Positions 25,047-35,233 of a DNA stretch of 64,000 bases are shown here, one piece after another. The notes below the pieces were generated by a model. The model saw only the letters and a program-made list of their open reading frames with translations, searched no databases and was not told the origin of the DNA. Position 1 is the first letter of the stretch; every line of letters starts with the position of its first letter. This DNA comes from a virus: positions 64,001 to 128,000 of the IMG/VR virus record IMGVR_UViG_3300042691_015370; one strand, 5' to 3'. Position numbers and translations under genes: made by a program.

Positions 25047-25391
25047 TTACTTAAATCTAGCAGCATATGCATTTTCTTCCCAGTCGGCAGGATCTGACGA
25101 AGACTGAGAACTGCTGCCACTAGAGTACTTCTCTTCCCTCTTCTGTTTCATGATCTTGAAATGTGTATCAAGCTCATGGTCGAGATGCCACTTCCAATGT
25201 TCCGGCATCTCATCCTCAGCCAAATTCTCTTGCCACGACAAGATTCTCAAAGCATGATCAATAGTCAGCATAAGGTCCGCTGGGACGCTCTCAACATTGA
25301 ATCCCTGTGGAAACAGGGTTTGAACGCCACCAGCGGCCTTAGCTACCGAGACAAGTTTTAGAAACTGAGGATCTCCGCTCAGTCTTTTCCC
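25047..25391 (-). CDS. Tail assembly chaperone, frameshifted (GT-like) C-terminal part
   Basis: -1 frame from slippery GGGAAAA is open (GKRLSGDPQFLKLV...) and continuous with ORF 25047..25271. Confidence 0.8.
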   Translation of the reverse strand, partial: GKRLSGDPQFLKLVSVAKAAGGVQTLFPQGFNVESVPADLMLTIDHALRILSWQENLAEDEMPEHWKWHLDHELDTHFKIMKQKREEKYSSGSSSQSSSDPADWEENAYAARFK

Positions 25392-26167
25392 TCTACTGGA
25401 TCAGCAGTCATCTCGTTGTACTCGGTCAACAGACGATTCAGAACCTTGGCATCAAGTGCGTCAACTTCGCTGCGATCAAGGAAATACTGCTCTTTATGAT
25501 TCTCTGGATCACGTACAGCATAGAAAACCTGCCAGCGAGAGAACTCATTGACCCAAGCAAAGTCAGCCTCAGCGTCAATAGCGCGCTCAAGAGTCTTGGC
25601 GCTCAGTTCGTCATCGGAGAAATGCGTGAACTCAAGACGAATGTTTTCCTTGTCCTCTTCAGTTGCCTCGTTCACCTGATCAGTGAACTTCACAAGCTCG
25701 TTGTAGACCCGAACTGCCTCTTCGTCCTCTGGGTCAGTGGCGTACTTGTCGTTTAGCCCCTCGTTCCAAGCGGTCTGGAGAGACTTGAGATAGTCGTTGT
25801 CAGACCAAGCAGGCTCATCAGCAAGGCGAGCCTCATTGGAGGCATAAGCTTCCTGAACCTTGGGTGCCATCAGGAACTCAATCATAGAGTCACGATCCTT
25901 GACACCAAGATCTTCTAGCTGCTCACGGAACACAGCTACCTGACGAGGGTCCGATTCAGGATTCTGCTTGAGGGCAAGAAGCTTAGCCCTAGCACCGGTA
26001 GCAGAGTCAGCGGCGTCACGCTGCTGAATGGGCGACAGCTTTGAAAGCCAAACAACAATAGGCTCATCAGTGCCGTCATCAAACGTAAGTTCCTTGCCGA
26101 CTACATAGAGATCCGTCAACCGACGACGGGTAGGGGCAATAACTTCCTTAGTGGTGGTCTTAGCCAT
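25379..26167 (-). CDS. Tail assembly chaperone (G-like)
   Basis: Start MAKTTT at 26167 with GGAG RBS; acidic helical protein between major tail and TMP; ends at slippery site. Confidence 0.8.
   Translation of the reverse strand: MAKTTTKEVIAPTRRRLTDLYVVGKELTFDDGTDEPIVVWLSKLSPIQQRDAADSATGARAKLLALKQNPESDPRQVAVFREQLEDLGVKDRDSMIEFLMAPKVQEAYASNEARLADEPAWSDNDYLKSLQTAWNEGLNDKYATDPEDEEAVRVYNELVKFTDQVNEATEEDKENIRLEFTHFSDDELSAKTLERAIDAEADFAWVNEFSRWQVFYAVRDPENHKEQYFLDRSEVDALDAKVLNRLLTEYNEMTADPVEGKD
25385..25391 (-). other. Programmed -1 ribosomal frameshift site G GGA AAA
   Basis: XXXYYYZ heptamer in the correct frame, one codon before the chaperone stop, between major tail and TMP genes. Confidence 0.85.
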
Positions 26168-26253
26168 ATAAACTCCTATATCCAATACCGTATCATCACG
26201 GTAACATACCAAACGACCTGAAAAAGTTAACGGAGCAAGTCCCACACAAATTG

Positions 26254-26278
26254 AAAAGGCGGGGCATGTAGCCCCGCC
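26254..26278 (-). terminator. Intrinsic terminator after major tail gene
   Basis: GGCGGGGC-TACAT-GCCCCGCC stem followed by TTTT on minus strand. Confidence 0.8.
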
Positions 26279-26305
26279 AATCCAACAACAAATTGTCAGT
26301 TACGA

Positions 26306-27649
26306 TCAGACACGCTCACCGTTGTAAACCTTGAGCAGACCCTGATCAGACGAGAAGTTGAGAGTAGTCTCAAGCTTGGTCTGAACCCGACCCTGCATAC
26401 CGGGAACTTGGAAGCGAGCATCCTCGACGTATAGCGTCTTGAGACGGCCACCATCGGGGTTGTTGATCTGGACCTCCATGGGCAGTGGCACTGACGTGTC
26501 CGGGCCGATGATCTCGTCAACGGGCTTGCCGGTCACGTAAGCAATCTTCTGCCACAGGTCAGCGGGATCGATTGGCTTAACACCAATTGAACCAGCAACG
26601 TCAGGGGTATCGTAGTCCATTGCTACGTAGTGAGGGTTACCGAATTCCTCGTCCTGCTCTAGCTGCACTGACCAGTTAACCTCAGCCGACTGTACACCAG
26701 TGAGGCGAACCTCGGTGGGGGTGCCGTCAACGTCAGGCCAGATCACTACGTCGATGTCCTTGGGACGGATAGCGGCGGGCTTGACTGAAACGCCCTGATG
26801 GACGAGGTTGCCACCAGCGGTGCCACCAGTTGGGTTGGTACCATCACCTAGGGTGCCGGGGTTGTAGTTCTCGACGTTGACGTCAGTTGAACCGTAAACG
26901 ATACGGATAACGTTGTACTGACCCTCGCCGGTGCCCTGTGGGTACTCGGAAACATTGTTCACCCAGACGGTGCCGTTTGCAGCATCTGAGTAACCGTCGT
27001 TACCGCCGTTGTTGTGGTATAGACGCTTGTAAGCACCATTGCTGGTGTTCACGAGCACGACACACATGGCGTAAACGCTGTCGCCACCATCGTTGTAAAG
27101 AATGGGGGTGTGCTCTAGCTGAATCTTGTCACCTACTAGACCATTACCACCAGTGTATGCCTCTTCATGGTAGAAGGGCTGACCGGGGATGTAGTAGATG
27201 GAGTCACCACGAAGGGTGAAGCTCTGAGCAGCATTCTGACGTAGACCAAATCGGTACGAAGCCCGCTCTAGGGTCAGGTAAGGAACCGCAAGACCCTTAA
27301 CAATGTCGAACTGGTTACGACGGGACTTGAAGGGGGAGATCACGTCAATCGGAACGTGGTTCGCAAAATCGATCTCATTCGTACCAGCAACGAAGCCGGG
27401 GTCGTCAGAGTGAGCGAAAGTAGTGGGGTCCTCATTGGTGAGGATGCACTCAAACTCGGTGGTCATATCGAACGACTCAAGGTCGAACGAAAGATCAGGA
27501 ATGTCTCGCACGGTTGCGACACTGTTCCAGTTACCAAGCTCGTAAATCTTCTCTTCAGGGATATTAAGGTTACCGGGACCACCGCTCTGAATACGGTCGA
27601 TCACATAACCATTAATATCATGTAGAATAGCACCTGCTTTAATAGCCAC
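26306..27649 (-). CDS. Major tail (tube) protein
   Basis: Position before chaperones/TMP, strong RBS (GGAGG), codon usage like the capsid gene, downstream terminator. Confidence 0.8.
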   Translation of the reverse strand: MAIKAGAILHDINGYVIDRIQSGGPGNLNIPEEKIYELGNWNSVATVRDIPDLSFDLESFDMTTEFECILTNEDPTTFAHSDDPGFVAGTNEIDFANHVPIDVISPFKSRRNQFDIVKGLAVPYLTLERASYRFGLRQNAAQSFTLRGDSIYYIPGQPFYHEEAYTGGNGLVGDKIQLEHTPILYNDGGDSVYAMCVVLVNTSNGAYKRLYHNNGGNDGYSDAANGTVWVNNVSEYPQGTGEGQYNVIRIVYGSTDVNVENYNPGTLGDGTNPTGGTAGGNLVHQGVSVKPAAIRPKDIDVVIWPDVDGTPTEVRLTGVQSAEVNWSVQLEQDEEFGNPHYVAMDYDTPDVAGSIGVKPIDPADLWQKIAYVTGKPVDEIIGPDTSVPLPMEVQINNPDGGRLKTLYVEDARFQVPGMQGRVQTKLETTLNFSSDQGLLKVYNGERV

Positions 27650-27781
27650 AGTAAGCCTCCAAAATATTAGTCATGTTTGTTTGCCCTAACCTACTGTGTC
27701 AGCAGGCCGTATAAAATCTTATACACCACTACCTCTAGGTGTATCCTAAAGTAGTAACGGTGGGCTTAAGGACTAATAAAG

Positions 27782-28924
27782 TTAGAGGCCAAAGTCTGAA
27801 GCAAGGGAACCAAACTGTCGTGAAGTAAGGCCCCATTGGCGAAGAAGTGTGGCGAATTCGCCTCTACTCATAGCGTCTGGATCGCCACCACTCTCAAGGA
27901 AGGCTTGCGGCGATGATGTATCAAGACTACCAGCAGCACCCGTAAACACCTTCGCGGGAGGTGTAGCAGTAGGAGCAATCTCAAACTGACCTCTACGCTC
28001 AGCAACAGCCTTTCCTGCCTTATTGGCTTTTCTGCGCCATTCATCAAGGATCTTGCTAACCTCTTGACCGTAACGGTTATTTAGGTGTCGAGCACCCTCA
28101 TCAATAAAGCGGGTACCGACAATACCCTTAGACTTTCTTCTTTCAAAGCCAAGAGTAGTAAAGGGCGGAATGACATACAAAGCACTACGTCTCGCTAAGG
28201 ATGGCGAGAAAGCGCCAGTATATCCATCACGAATAGACTTAAAGTTACCCCAAGATGTAGCCACATGCGCTTTAGACCAAATGCCTCTAGCACCCGAACC
28301 CGGAGAAAGCTGAGGAACCATGAAGCCCTTGGATGGCTTAAAGCTATTGAAGTTGACATTTGTCTTTGTTGGATAACCCGGACGAGTTCCGAACTTCATA
28401 TTGCCCCAAGTGGGCGTTGGCGTGGTCGCTGGCTTTGCGCCGAAGTTCAGTCGATACCACTGCTTGGCAGACTCATCTAGAATTTTCTTGTTCGGAAAAT
28501 AAATACCATGAGCATCATGTTCTACAAGACTTTCACTCTGCAAAGCCTTGAGCATTGCCTTATTCGAAAAACGACGCAACTTGCCCGGATCATCCCAACG
28601 ATACGACTTTCTATCGGCTCGTTGCGTTCTTTTGTAGGCTCTTACAATTTTGTCCTGAATTTCATCAGCAAGCTTGGCATGCATCTCTTCAAAAGCAGCA
28701 TCAGTAGCCTCTTCTTGACCAATCACCTTAACCCAAGTGTACAAACCCTCATAAAGACGATTGTACACCTGATCAGAAACTTTTAGACCTACCTGAATGC
28801 GAACATCCCTAAGAAGTCGCTCACTAGCTTGGCGAGCATAAAGGTATCCAAGGTACTGAGATTCACCCTGAGAAACGAATCGACCACCTTCGTTTCTGCC
28901 CCTATTACTCCAGCCTGTAGCCAT
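27782..28924 (-). CDS. Basic neck/tail-completion-like protein (HK97 gp10-like, extended)
   Basis: Basic; C-terminal KGIVGTRFIDEGARHL motif like gp10-type proteins; precedes major tail gene. Confidence 0.5.
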   Translation of the reverse strand: MATGWSNRGRNEGGRFVSQGESQYLGYLYARQASERLLRDVRIQVGLKVSDQVYNRLYEGLYTWVKVIGQEEATDAAFEEMHAKLADEIQDKIVRAYKRTQRADRKSYRWDDPGKLRRFSNKAMLKALQSESLVEHDAHGIYFPNKKILDESAKQWYRLNFGAKPATTPTPTWGNMKFGTRPGYPTKTNVNFNSFKPSKGFMVPQLSPGSGARGIWSKAHVATSWGNFKSIRDGYTGAFSPSLARRSALYVIPPFTTLGFERRKSKGIVGTRFIDEGARHLNNRYGQEVSKILDEWRRKANKAGKAVAERRGQFEIAPTATPPAKVFTGAAGSLDTSSPQAFLESGGDPDAMSRGEFATLLRQWGLTSRQFGSLASDFGL

Positions 28925-29181
28925 TACGACCTACTTAAGTTCGCTATCTGCTCAGCAAGTTCATCAAATCTGTCCATGAACTCTTCATTCCAGATAACGT
29001 CTGAATCTGAGATCAGATCAAAAGCTGTATCGCAAAGCTCATTGATTTGGTCGAGAATCTCTTTGCGAAGCTTGTGAGCAGTCTCAGGAGGCAAGTAGTG
29101 ATCACACTCTCGTTCTTTGAAGCTCAACAGTGTCGCAATAGCTCTGTCTCTTCGTTTTCCTAAAAAAGCCTTCTTATCCAT
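28924..29181 (-). CDS. Hypothetical protein
   Basis: 85-aa ORF, TAATG coupling to next gene. Confidence 0.6.
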   Translation of the reverse strand: MDKKAFLGKRRDRAIATLLSFKERECDHYLPPETAHKLRKEILDQINELCDTAFDLISDSDVIWNEEFMDRFDELAEQIANLSRS

Positions 29182-29198
29182 CTTGTTTCCTTTTTCTG

Positions 29199-31742
29199 TT
29201 AAGGTACATATACACTTGTGACATCCCAGTCGCTTCCATTTGATGTCACCTCCAAATTTGTTCCAACAGCAGTAATTTCGTAATCGGCAGCACCATCCAC
29301 CGTCTCTCCCGATTGAGCATCAAGCCTCACAACTCCCCCAGTTGCGGCCACCCTCACTTTGATCGATCGACCGGGGCAAACGGTTGCACTTGGTAATTGA
29401 AGAACTAGTGTTGTCAGAGCAGTGTCTACAGTGATGTAGTCACCGGCAGAAACGTCATAGCCCGCACTCACTGTGACAGCGTTTGATGGACTGCCACTCA
29501 GGATGGAGTAGGAACCAACATAGGCACCCTGACCGTTCGTAGCGACAATGGCGCCACCACCGATAGCATTCCAACCCCCGGCAATCCACACACCGTCAGC
29601 CGTATCAAAATGCTCAGTCATCACAACTGCACCGTTGTGGATGGTGAGTAGACTCAGATCGTCCAGAACGAGCACACAAAACGTTCCGGTCTGAGCGTTG
29701 ATAGCAACATTTGTAGTGGTTCCGTTGGCGTTGAGCACGCTCAGGTTATTGCCCACCACATCTGTGGCGATCCAGTCAGGACGATAGGACCGGGAGACAC
29801 CTTCACCACCCGTGATGCCAGTGCGTCCCGACGGGCCTGCGACGGGTGTCATGCCGCGCTGCGTTGGGTCACCATACAGTCGAAACAAAGCACAGTACGC
29901 CCAGCGGGTGCCGGTGTAGCTAACATGATCGTAGTTGCCAATATCGGTATCGAGCATAGAGCCGAAACCAGTCGCACGAGTTGCCGGGGCGTTCAGATGC
30001 AACGTCCAGACCCCACCATTGCCATCACTGTTATTGAGGATGGTCAAATTTTGACCATCCTCAATAGCTTGACCACCGACATGGGTGGCGGTCCCGTCGA
30101 GCGGGAAGTCGGGGTCAAACGTGACGTACTTAGAGACATGCAGATGAGGCACAACAGGTGTGACCGGATGGTAGCGGTTCAGTCTGTTCTCTAGTGTATC
30201 AATACTACTTTCAATCTCAGACAAATCGATAATGGGAAGTATTTGCTCAAAGCTACTGTACCCCAGCGTAGCACCACCAATCAGATACAGCCAAGCCACC
30301 GAAGAGCCAAGACCGGGTGCAAGCTCGAACTTTGACACCAGCCACAGACCAGCGTCAGAAGTGTTCCATGAGCGGACCTTGACGAAAGCCCCATCACCGA
30401 CATGCTCAAACAGGCCGCTTGACTGACCAGAAATCTCATCGGGATTCGCTCCGAGCACGGCCAGCAAACGCGCATTGCCAACAGTAGGCAGTCCGCTGAA
30501 CATACCAACAGTCCACACACCCTGAAAGAAGGACCCACCAAAATCAGCCTCTGGATTACCAGAGATGAAAGCTACTCGCATAGATCCAGCACGCTCAGCA
30601 ACTTCATCAACCGCCTCAGGCAGCGTATCTGCATTCAGTCCCGAGGCAGTGTTGTCGTAGGGGTAAACCTGAGTCGTAAAGTTGCAGTCCATTCCATCGT
30701 TGGCAGTAAAAATGATGGAGTTGCCGTACTTGTCGCCAGAGCCAACATGGACAGGAGTGCCAGTAAAGAGAGAGTCAGCTTCCCAGCGGCCATTCAACTG
30801 ATGCACCCTATGGAAGTAGATGTCTCCGGGTTCAACTGACGATCCCCCGAAATCATCAACCTCAAGATAGGTGGGGTGATTCGTGCCGTTGGGTTGAACT
30901 TCGAACACTTCCCAGAAGCCATTGTGAGCCTCAGTTGGCTGCCCACCAAGACCAGCGACTCTGGGAGCAGTGAGTTCGATGCCATCAATATCAGATACGG
31001 CAGGAAGTCTCACGTCATCGGGGTCACCAGCAGCATGAGCCAGAAGCGCATCCCCATCAGTTCCATCATGATACCCAGCGGTAATAGAAGGAATGGGTCG
31101 TCGCTTCTCGACGCTGAAAGTAGTTACATCATCTACGACACTGACATCCAGCCCATATCCGGCAACAAGCTGGGAGCCAATAACTGCCTCCCTGACAAAG
31201 AGCGTGGCAGGTGCAGTGGGGTCCAAGGGATTGTTGTTCATACCAAAGAACGTGGCTGTAGCCTCAGCATAAAGGGAAGCCACAACTTGTTCACCGCCAA
31301 GCACCGGGATTCTCTCGCATGGACCAGATGCAGTGATTCTCCACAATCCAGCGCTTGGACCAGACAGTGACAACACAGTCACCCCAACACCCATCGACCT
31401 TGGGACGTTGGCAGCCTCGACCGTAACTCCATCAAGGCTCAGAAGATCAACTTCAGTAAAGTTGCCACCAACCAAATCAACGTCTGCACCAACAATGCCA
31501 TTGGCGACAAGATGACCACCAGAACCAGAGCCACCAGAGCCATCACCCGAAATACTGGGAAGTTCCGACCAAGTAGAAGAACCGTCCCCAATCTTCAGCG
31601 TTGCTGTGTCTTCGTCATAGCCAGCCCTACCACGAGCAAGCACCTTGTCGTTGGCCTCCCATTCGGCGGTCGTGCGGACTATTACCCCCGGTCCCGGTGG
31701 TCCCTGAACTCCATCTGTGACTACAACAACTCTACTCATCAC
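29199..31742 (-). CDS. Fibre protein with Mtd_N-like N-terminus, internal repeats and C-terminal beta domain
   Basis: TTAEWEANDKVLARGRAGYDEDTATLKIGDGSSTWSELP (Mtd_N/hyaluronidase-N type); repeated ..G.W.[IV] fibre units; C-terminal VDT...TLVLQLPSA...GRSIKV...ETVDGA. Confidence 0.7.
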   Translation of the reverse strand: MMSRVVVVTDGVQGPPGPGVIVRTTAEWEANDKVLARGRAGYDEDTATLKIGDGSSTWSELPSISGDGSGGSGSGGHLVANGIVGADVDLVGGNFTEVDLLSLDGVTVEAANVPRSMGVGVTVLSLSGPSAGLWRITASGPCERIPVLGGEQVVASLYAEATATFFGMNNNPLDPTAPATLFVREAVIGSQLVAGYGLDVSVVDDVTTFSVEKRRPIPSITAGYHDGTDGDALLAHAAGDPDDVRLPAVSDIDGIELTAPRVAGLGGQPTEAHNGFWEVFEVQPNGTNHPTYLEVDDFGGSSVEPGDIYFHRVHQLNGRWEADSLFTGTPVHVGSGDKYGNSIIFTANDGMDCNFTTQVYPYDNTASGLNADTLPEAVDEVAERAGSMRVAFISGNPEADFGGSFFQGVWTVGMFSGLPTVGNARLLAVLGANPDEISGQSSGLFEHVGDGAFVKVRSWNTSDAGLWLVSKFELAPGLGSSVAWLYLIGGATLGYSSFEQILPIIDLSEIESSIDTLENRLNRYHPVTPVVPHLHVSKYVTFDPDFPLDGTATHVGGQAIEDGQNLTILNNSDGNGGVWTLHLNAPATRATGFGSMLDTDIGNYDHVSYTGTRWAYCALFRLYGDPTQRGMTPVAGPSGRTGITGGEGVSRSYRPDWIATDVVGNNLSVLNANGTTTNVAINAQTGTFCVLVLDDLSLLTIHNGAVVMTEHFDTADGVWIAGGWNAIGGGAIVATNGQGAYVGSYSILSGSPSNAVTVSAGYDVSAGDYITVDTALTTLVLQLPSATVCPGRSIKVRVAATGGVVRLDAQSGETVDGAADYEITAVGTNLEVTSNGSDWDVTSVYVP

Positions 31743-31942
31743 ACACCTTCTTCTTCAAATACACTTGGATCTACATAATACGTAGGCTCTATAACCTCGT
31801 AAGCGCCTAAAGTTCCTTCTGGAATAAGATCCTTCATCGATGCCGGAATCCCATGTAATATAACGCCACATTGATTCGCAATTGCTGTTTCACGCACCGC
31901 ATTAGATGTTGGTAATGGTTCATTCGTAATCCAGAATTTCAT
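31739..31942 (-). CDS. Small hypothetical (fibre-associated) protein
   Basis: ATGA-coupled between two fibre genes. Confidence 0.55.
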   Translation of the reverse strand: MKFWITNEPLPTSNAVRETAIANQCGVILHGIPASMKDLIPEGTLGAYEVIEPTYYVDPSVFEEEGV

Positions 31943-34323
31943 GATGCCCCCAGAAGAACAAGCGTATTACCAGCAGAACCATTTGTTCCAGCAGTTCCAG
32001 TTCCGCGACCAGATGCTCCAGTTCCACCATTTACCTGAAGTGTGAACGAGTGCGAAGTAGAACCAGTAATTAAAGCAATGAATCCACCACCACCACCAGC
32101 CCCACCACCGGTATTGTTATTGTCAGCCGTCCGCTGCGCGCCATCGCCGCCGTTGGCCCTGATAGTGCCACTCCCAGCTACTTCACGGGCCTTGATGAAC
32201 AAGAAGCCACCCCCGGCGCCGCCACCGCCGCCAAGCGCAGAGCCATTACCACCACCCGACCCGCCGCCGCGACCCGCACAAACAATGAGAGGCGAAGCCG
32301 AGTTACGAGAGAAAACGATACCTTGCTCCAGCATAACGACATGCGACCTCAACGCCGCTTCCGTGGTTGACGACAAGGTTGCAGCAACACCTGAGCCACC
32401 ACCTGAGCCACTAGATCCCGAACCACCAGTTCCTCCTGCACCACCGAAGGCAATAATATTGCCATTCAAAGGATTGGTGGTTGGTGATCCGGCAACACCA
32501 GCAGTGCTTGTTCCTGTGCCACCCGCTGCGCTGTTGGTACCTGTACCGGGGGCAGCTATAAAGCTTCCGCCAGTCACACCGCTGGCACTGCCGCCGTTGG
32601 CGCTAATGGTGCCATTTACAGTCAAAGTTCCTGACACATAGATAATCCCATGGACCGTCAACACGACGCCCGGATCAATGGTCAAGTTACGATAGTGTTT
32701 GATACCATTGCCAGTGTAAAAGTTCGAAGTAATGGTGGTATCAACAGCAATAGTAACATCACCATCAGCACCAGTTCCAAAAGCCACCGATGGACCAACT
32801 GCGCCATCTACGCCATCTACGCCATCAGCGCCATCAGCGCCATCAGCACCGGCTGGGCCGGGATCTCCTTGAATGCCCTGAATGCCCTGTAAACCTTGCG
32901 GGCCAATCAAAGAAACACCACTGGGCCAAACTCCAGCAGCCTTAGGTCCAAACAGATAGTTAGTATCTGTTCTTATGTAGAAATCACCGTCTACTCCTTG
33001 AGTTGTGGGATCAACCGTTCCGTGTAGAACAGTCTTGCCGTCAACTCCGTTCGCACCTGCTGCGCCATCTGCGCCAGCGGGACCGGGGTCGCCCTGTGGC
33101 CCCTGTGCGCCATCTGCGCCAGCGGGTCCCTGAATGCCCTGTATACCCTGAATACCTTGGATGCCCTGAATACCCTGTTCTCCCTGTGGTCCCTCGGGAC
33201 CAATCAGAGGAAGGCCCGCAGGCCAAATTCCAGAAGCTTTAGGGCCAAATAGTGTACTCGTATCAGTCCTAATGTAGAAGTCTCCATCAACTCCTTCGGT
33301 CGTAGGATCAACTGTACCATTCAGAACAGTTTTACCATCTACACCATCTACACCATCTACACCATCGTTGCCGGGTGGGCCTTGTTCGCCAGTAGCACCA
33401 GCAGGGCCGGGATCTCCTTGTATCCCCTGTATTCCCTGTTCGCCCTGAATACCTTGAGTTCCTTGTATACCTTGCTCTCCCTGAGCGCCTTGAGGACCAA
33501 CTAAAGAAGCAAGCCAATCCTGCTCAGTCCCAACAAAACCATTGGCAACAGCAACCTCGTAAGCCGATAGACCATCGTCTCCGTCTATTCCCGGCTCACC
33601 TTGTATGCCCTGTACGCCGGGATCGCCTTGAGGACCGGGATCGCCTTGTGCGCCATCATTACCCGGTGGACCGGGATCACCGGGTAAGCCGGGTTCTCCC
33701 TGTGGTCCCTGCTCTCCCTGTGGACCTATAAGAGATACCCCAGCAGGCCACACGTCAGCAGCTTTGGGACCAAAGATAGTACTAGTATCAGTGCGGATAT
33801 AGAAATCCCCATCTATACCCTCTGTAGTTGGATCTACTGTGCCACTCAGAAAACCGCCGCCACTACCACCAGACGGACTAACGTTTATGACACGCCAAAC
33901 TCCAACATAACGAAGCAAAATAATGGCGGTGCCGTTAGGAACGACCAACTCTGTGACCATCTCGTTGCTGACGTTAAAGATCACCTCGTCATTCTCATGA
34001 GGAATGACAGTCAAGTCGTCCATCCATGCAGAGATCACAAATGCCTGTGGGGTTTCGGGCTGAGTACTGATCTCTGGGAGATTAATCGTGCCTGTGCCAC
34101 CGACAACACCATCTGTAGCAGCAAGCGTAACTGTATCTCCCATAAGAGTTTGTTCTGAAGGCAGGAACAATGCCTCACCGGGTGGACCGGGGTCGCCCTG
34201 TGGGCCGGGATCGCCGGGGTCACCGGGAGCACCAGCAGGACCGGGAGGACCCTGTTCACCGTTGACAAACACCTCAACCGGCGATTCCGTAGGTATGACG
34301 ACGACTACTGTTTCATCAGACAT
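31939..34323 (-). CDS. Collagen-like fibre protein with Gly-rich C-terminal domain
   Basis: Long Gly-X-Y tracts separated by three copies of GTVDPTT.G.DGDFYIRTDT..[IL]FGPKA...WP.G..LIGP. Confidence 0.85.
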   Translation of the reverse strand: MSDETVVVVIPTESPVEVFVNGEQGPPGPAGAPGDPGDPGPQGDPGPPGEALFLPSEQTLMGDTVTLAATDGVVGGTGTINLPEISTQPETPQAFVISAWMDDLTVIPHENDEVIFNVSNEMVTELVVPNGTAIILLRYVGVWRVINVSPSGGSGGGFLSGTVDPTTEGIDGDFYIRTDTSTIFGPKAADVWPAGVSLIGPQGEQGPQGEPGLPGDPGPPGNDGAQGDPGPQGDPGVQGIQGEPGIDGDDGLSAYEVAVANGFVGTEQDWLASLVGPQGAQGEQGIQGTQGIQGEQGIQGIQGDPGPAGATGEQGPPGNDGVDGVDGVDGKTVLNGTVDPTTEGVDGDFYIRTDTSTLFGPKASGIWPAGLPLIGPEGPQGEQGIQGIQGIQGIQGIQGPAGADGAQGPQGDPGPAGADGAAGANGVDGKTVLHGTVDPTTQGVDGDFYIRTDTNYLFGPKAAGVWPSGVSLIGPQGLQGIQGIQGDPGPAGADGADGADGVDGVDGAVGPSVAFGTGADGDVTIAVDTTITSNFYTGNGIKHYRNLTIDPGVVLTVHGIIYVSGTLTVNGTISANGGSASGVTGGSFIAAPGTGTNSAAGGTGTSTAGVAGSPTTNPLNGNIIAFGGAGGTGGSGSSGSGGGSGVAATLSSTTEAALRSHVVMLEQGIVFSRNSASPLIVCAGRGGGSGGGNGSALGGGGGAGGGFLFIKAREVAGSGTIRANGGDGAQRTADNNNTGGGAGGGGGFIALITGSTSHSFTLQVNGGTGASGRGTGTAGTNGSAGNTLVLLGAS

Positions 34324-35224
34324 ACTCGTACTCCATCAAAACACCCAAGGACTGACCGAAGTTCTGAAGCACCAACTGAGTCCAAGGAGAAGCGTCCAAA
34401 GCTTGACCAGAAGAATGATTGTAACGATAACGCTCCACTAAGCCAGCAGTACCCATTGTCGTGTTCACGGCCCTTGTAGCAGCCCTAAAGCTACGCAATG
34501 TAACAGAGCCAGCGTTCTGCCCCTGATGCATCAAAAGGTAACGACCGGGCTGAAGGGTGACAGGGGTAATTGTTTGTCTCTTAGGGCCAGTGCTGCTGAT
34601 AGTCAGATTGGCCTGAGCTAGCACAGCGCCAGTTGGTTGGTTACGGGTATCGGCAGCGATGATCCCAACTCTCAGGGTTGTTTCAGATCCAGTAAATACA
34701 ACCTCAGTATCAAAGGCTTTGACGGAAATGGGGGCATCTACTTCAAAACTGTTGAATGATCTGTAAGTACCAGCCGTCATGGTACTTACTGCATACACAT
34801 TTGTTGTTGGTAAGCCCAACAGGTCAGTAGATCCAGTTCTAGGCATGCCTCTAGCGAACGTGCCACCATCATTACCATCAGCACCCGGAGGACCTTGTAG
34901 GTCATCTAATAGAACTAGATTCTCCCAGTCAGGATCTCCTACTAATCGCCATTTGATGTAAGTAGCATCAGCAGATAGCTCAACCTCTCGCCCATCAGCA
35001 CCATCAGCACCGTTGATGCCAGCTTGCCCATCTGCGCCTCTTGGGCCGGGGGAAACTACGCCGATAACAATGGTTTTCTCATCCTGAGCTACAGGAATCG
35101 GCACCTCTTCATCATCTGGCAATTCTTCTAACGATGTACCAACAGCGCCAGAAGGAAAGAGAAACTCATCCTCGTCTTCTACGATAATAACTGTGTTGTC
35201 TTCATTAGGGTTCACATCAACCAT
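34316..35224 (-). CDS. Short collagen-containing fibre/virion protein
   Basis: GPRGADGQAG.. tract, GREVELSADATYIKWRLVGDPDWENLV spacer, C-terminal beta domain. Confidence 0.7.
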   Translation of the reverse strand: MVDVNPNEDNTVIIVEDEDEFLFPSGAVGTSLEELPDDEEVPIPVAQDEKTIVIGVVSPGPRGADGQAGINGADGADGREVELSADATYIKWRLVGDPDWENLVLLDDLQGPPGADGNDGGTFARGMPRTGSTDLLGLPTTNVYAVSTMTAGTYRSFNSFEVDAPISVKAFDTEVVFTGSETTLRVGIIAADTRNQPTGAVLAQANLTISSTGPKRQTITPVTLQPGRYLLMHQGQNAGSVTLRSFRAATRAVNTTMGTAGLVERYRYNHSSGQALDASPWTQLVLQNFGQSLGVLMEYEYV

Positions 35225-35233
35225 CAGAACCCC

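Noticed and set aside
29199-31742. Mtd_N-like domain suggesting a diversity-generating retroelement
   Set aside because: No reverse transcriptase or template/variable repeat pair is visible in the window, and Mtd_N-like domains occur in many ordinary fibres.
32042-32641. 199-aa Pro-rich ORF on + strand and other antisense ORFs across 1-58 kb
   Set aside because: These are shadow frames of Gly-rich/collagen or other minus-strand genes; they lack RBSs and oppose a tightly coupled operon.
32790-33720. Short tandem DNA repeats resembling an array/CRISPR
   Set aside because: These are 9-nt periodic codon repeats of collagen (GAD/GVD/GIQ), with no constant repeat and unique spacers.
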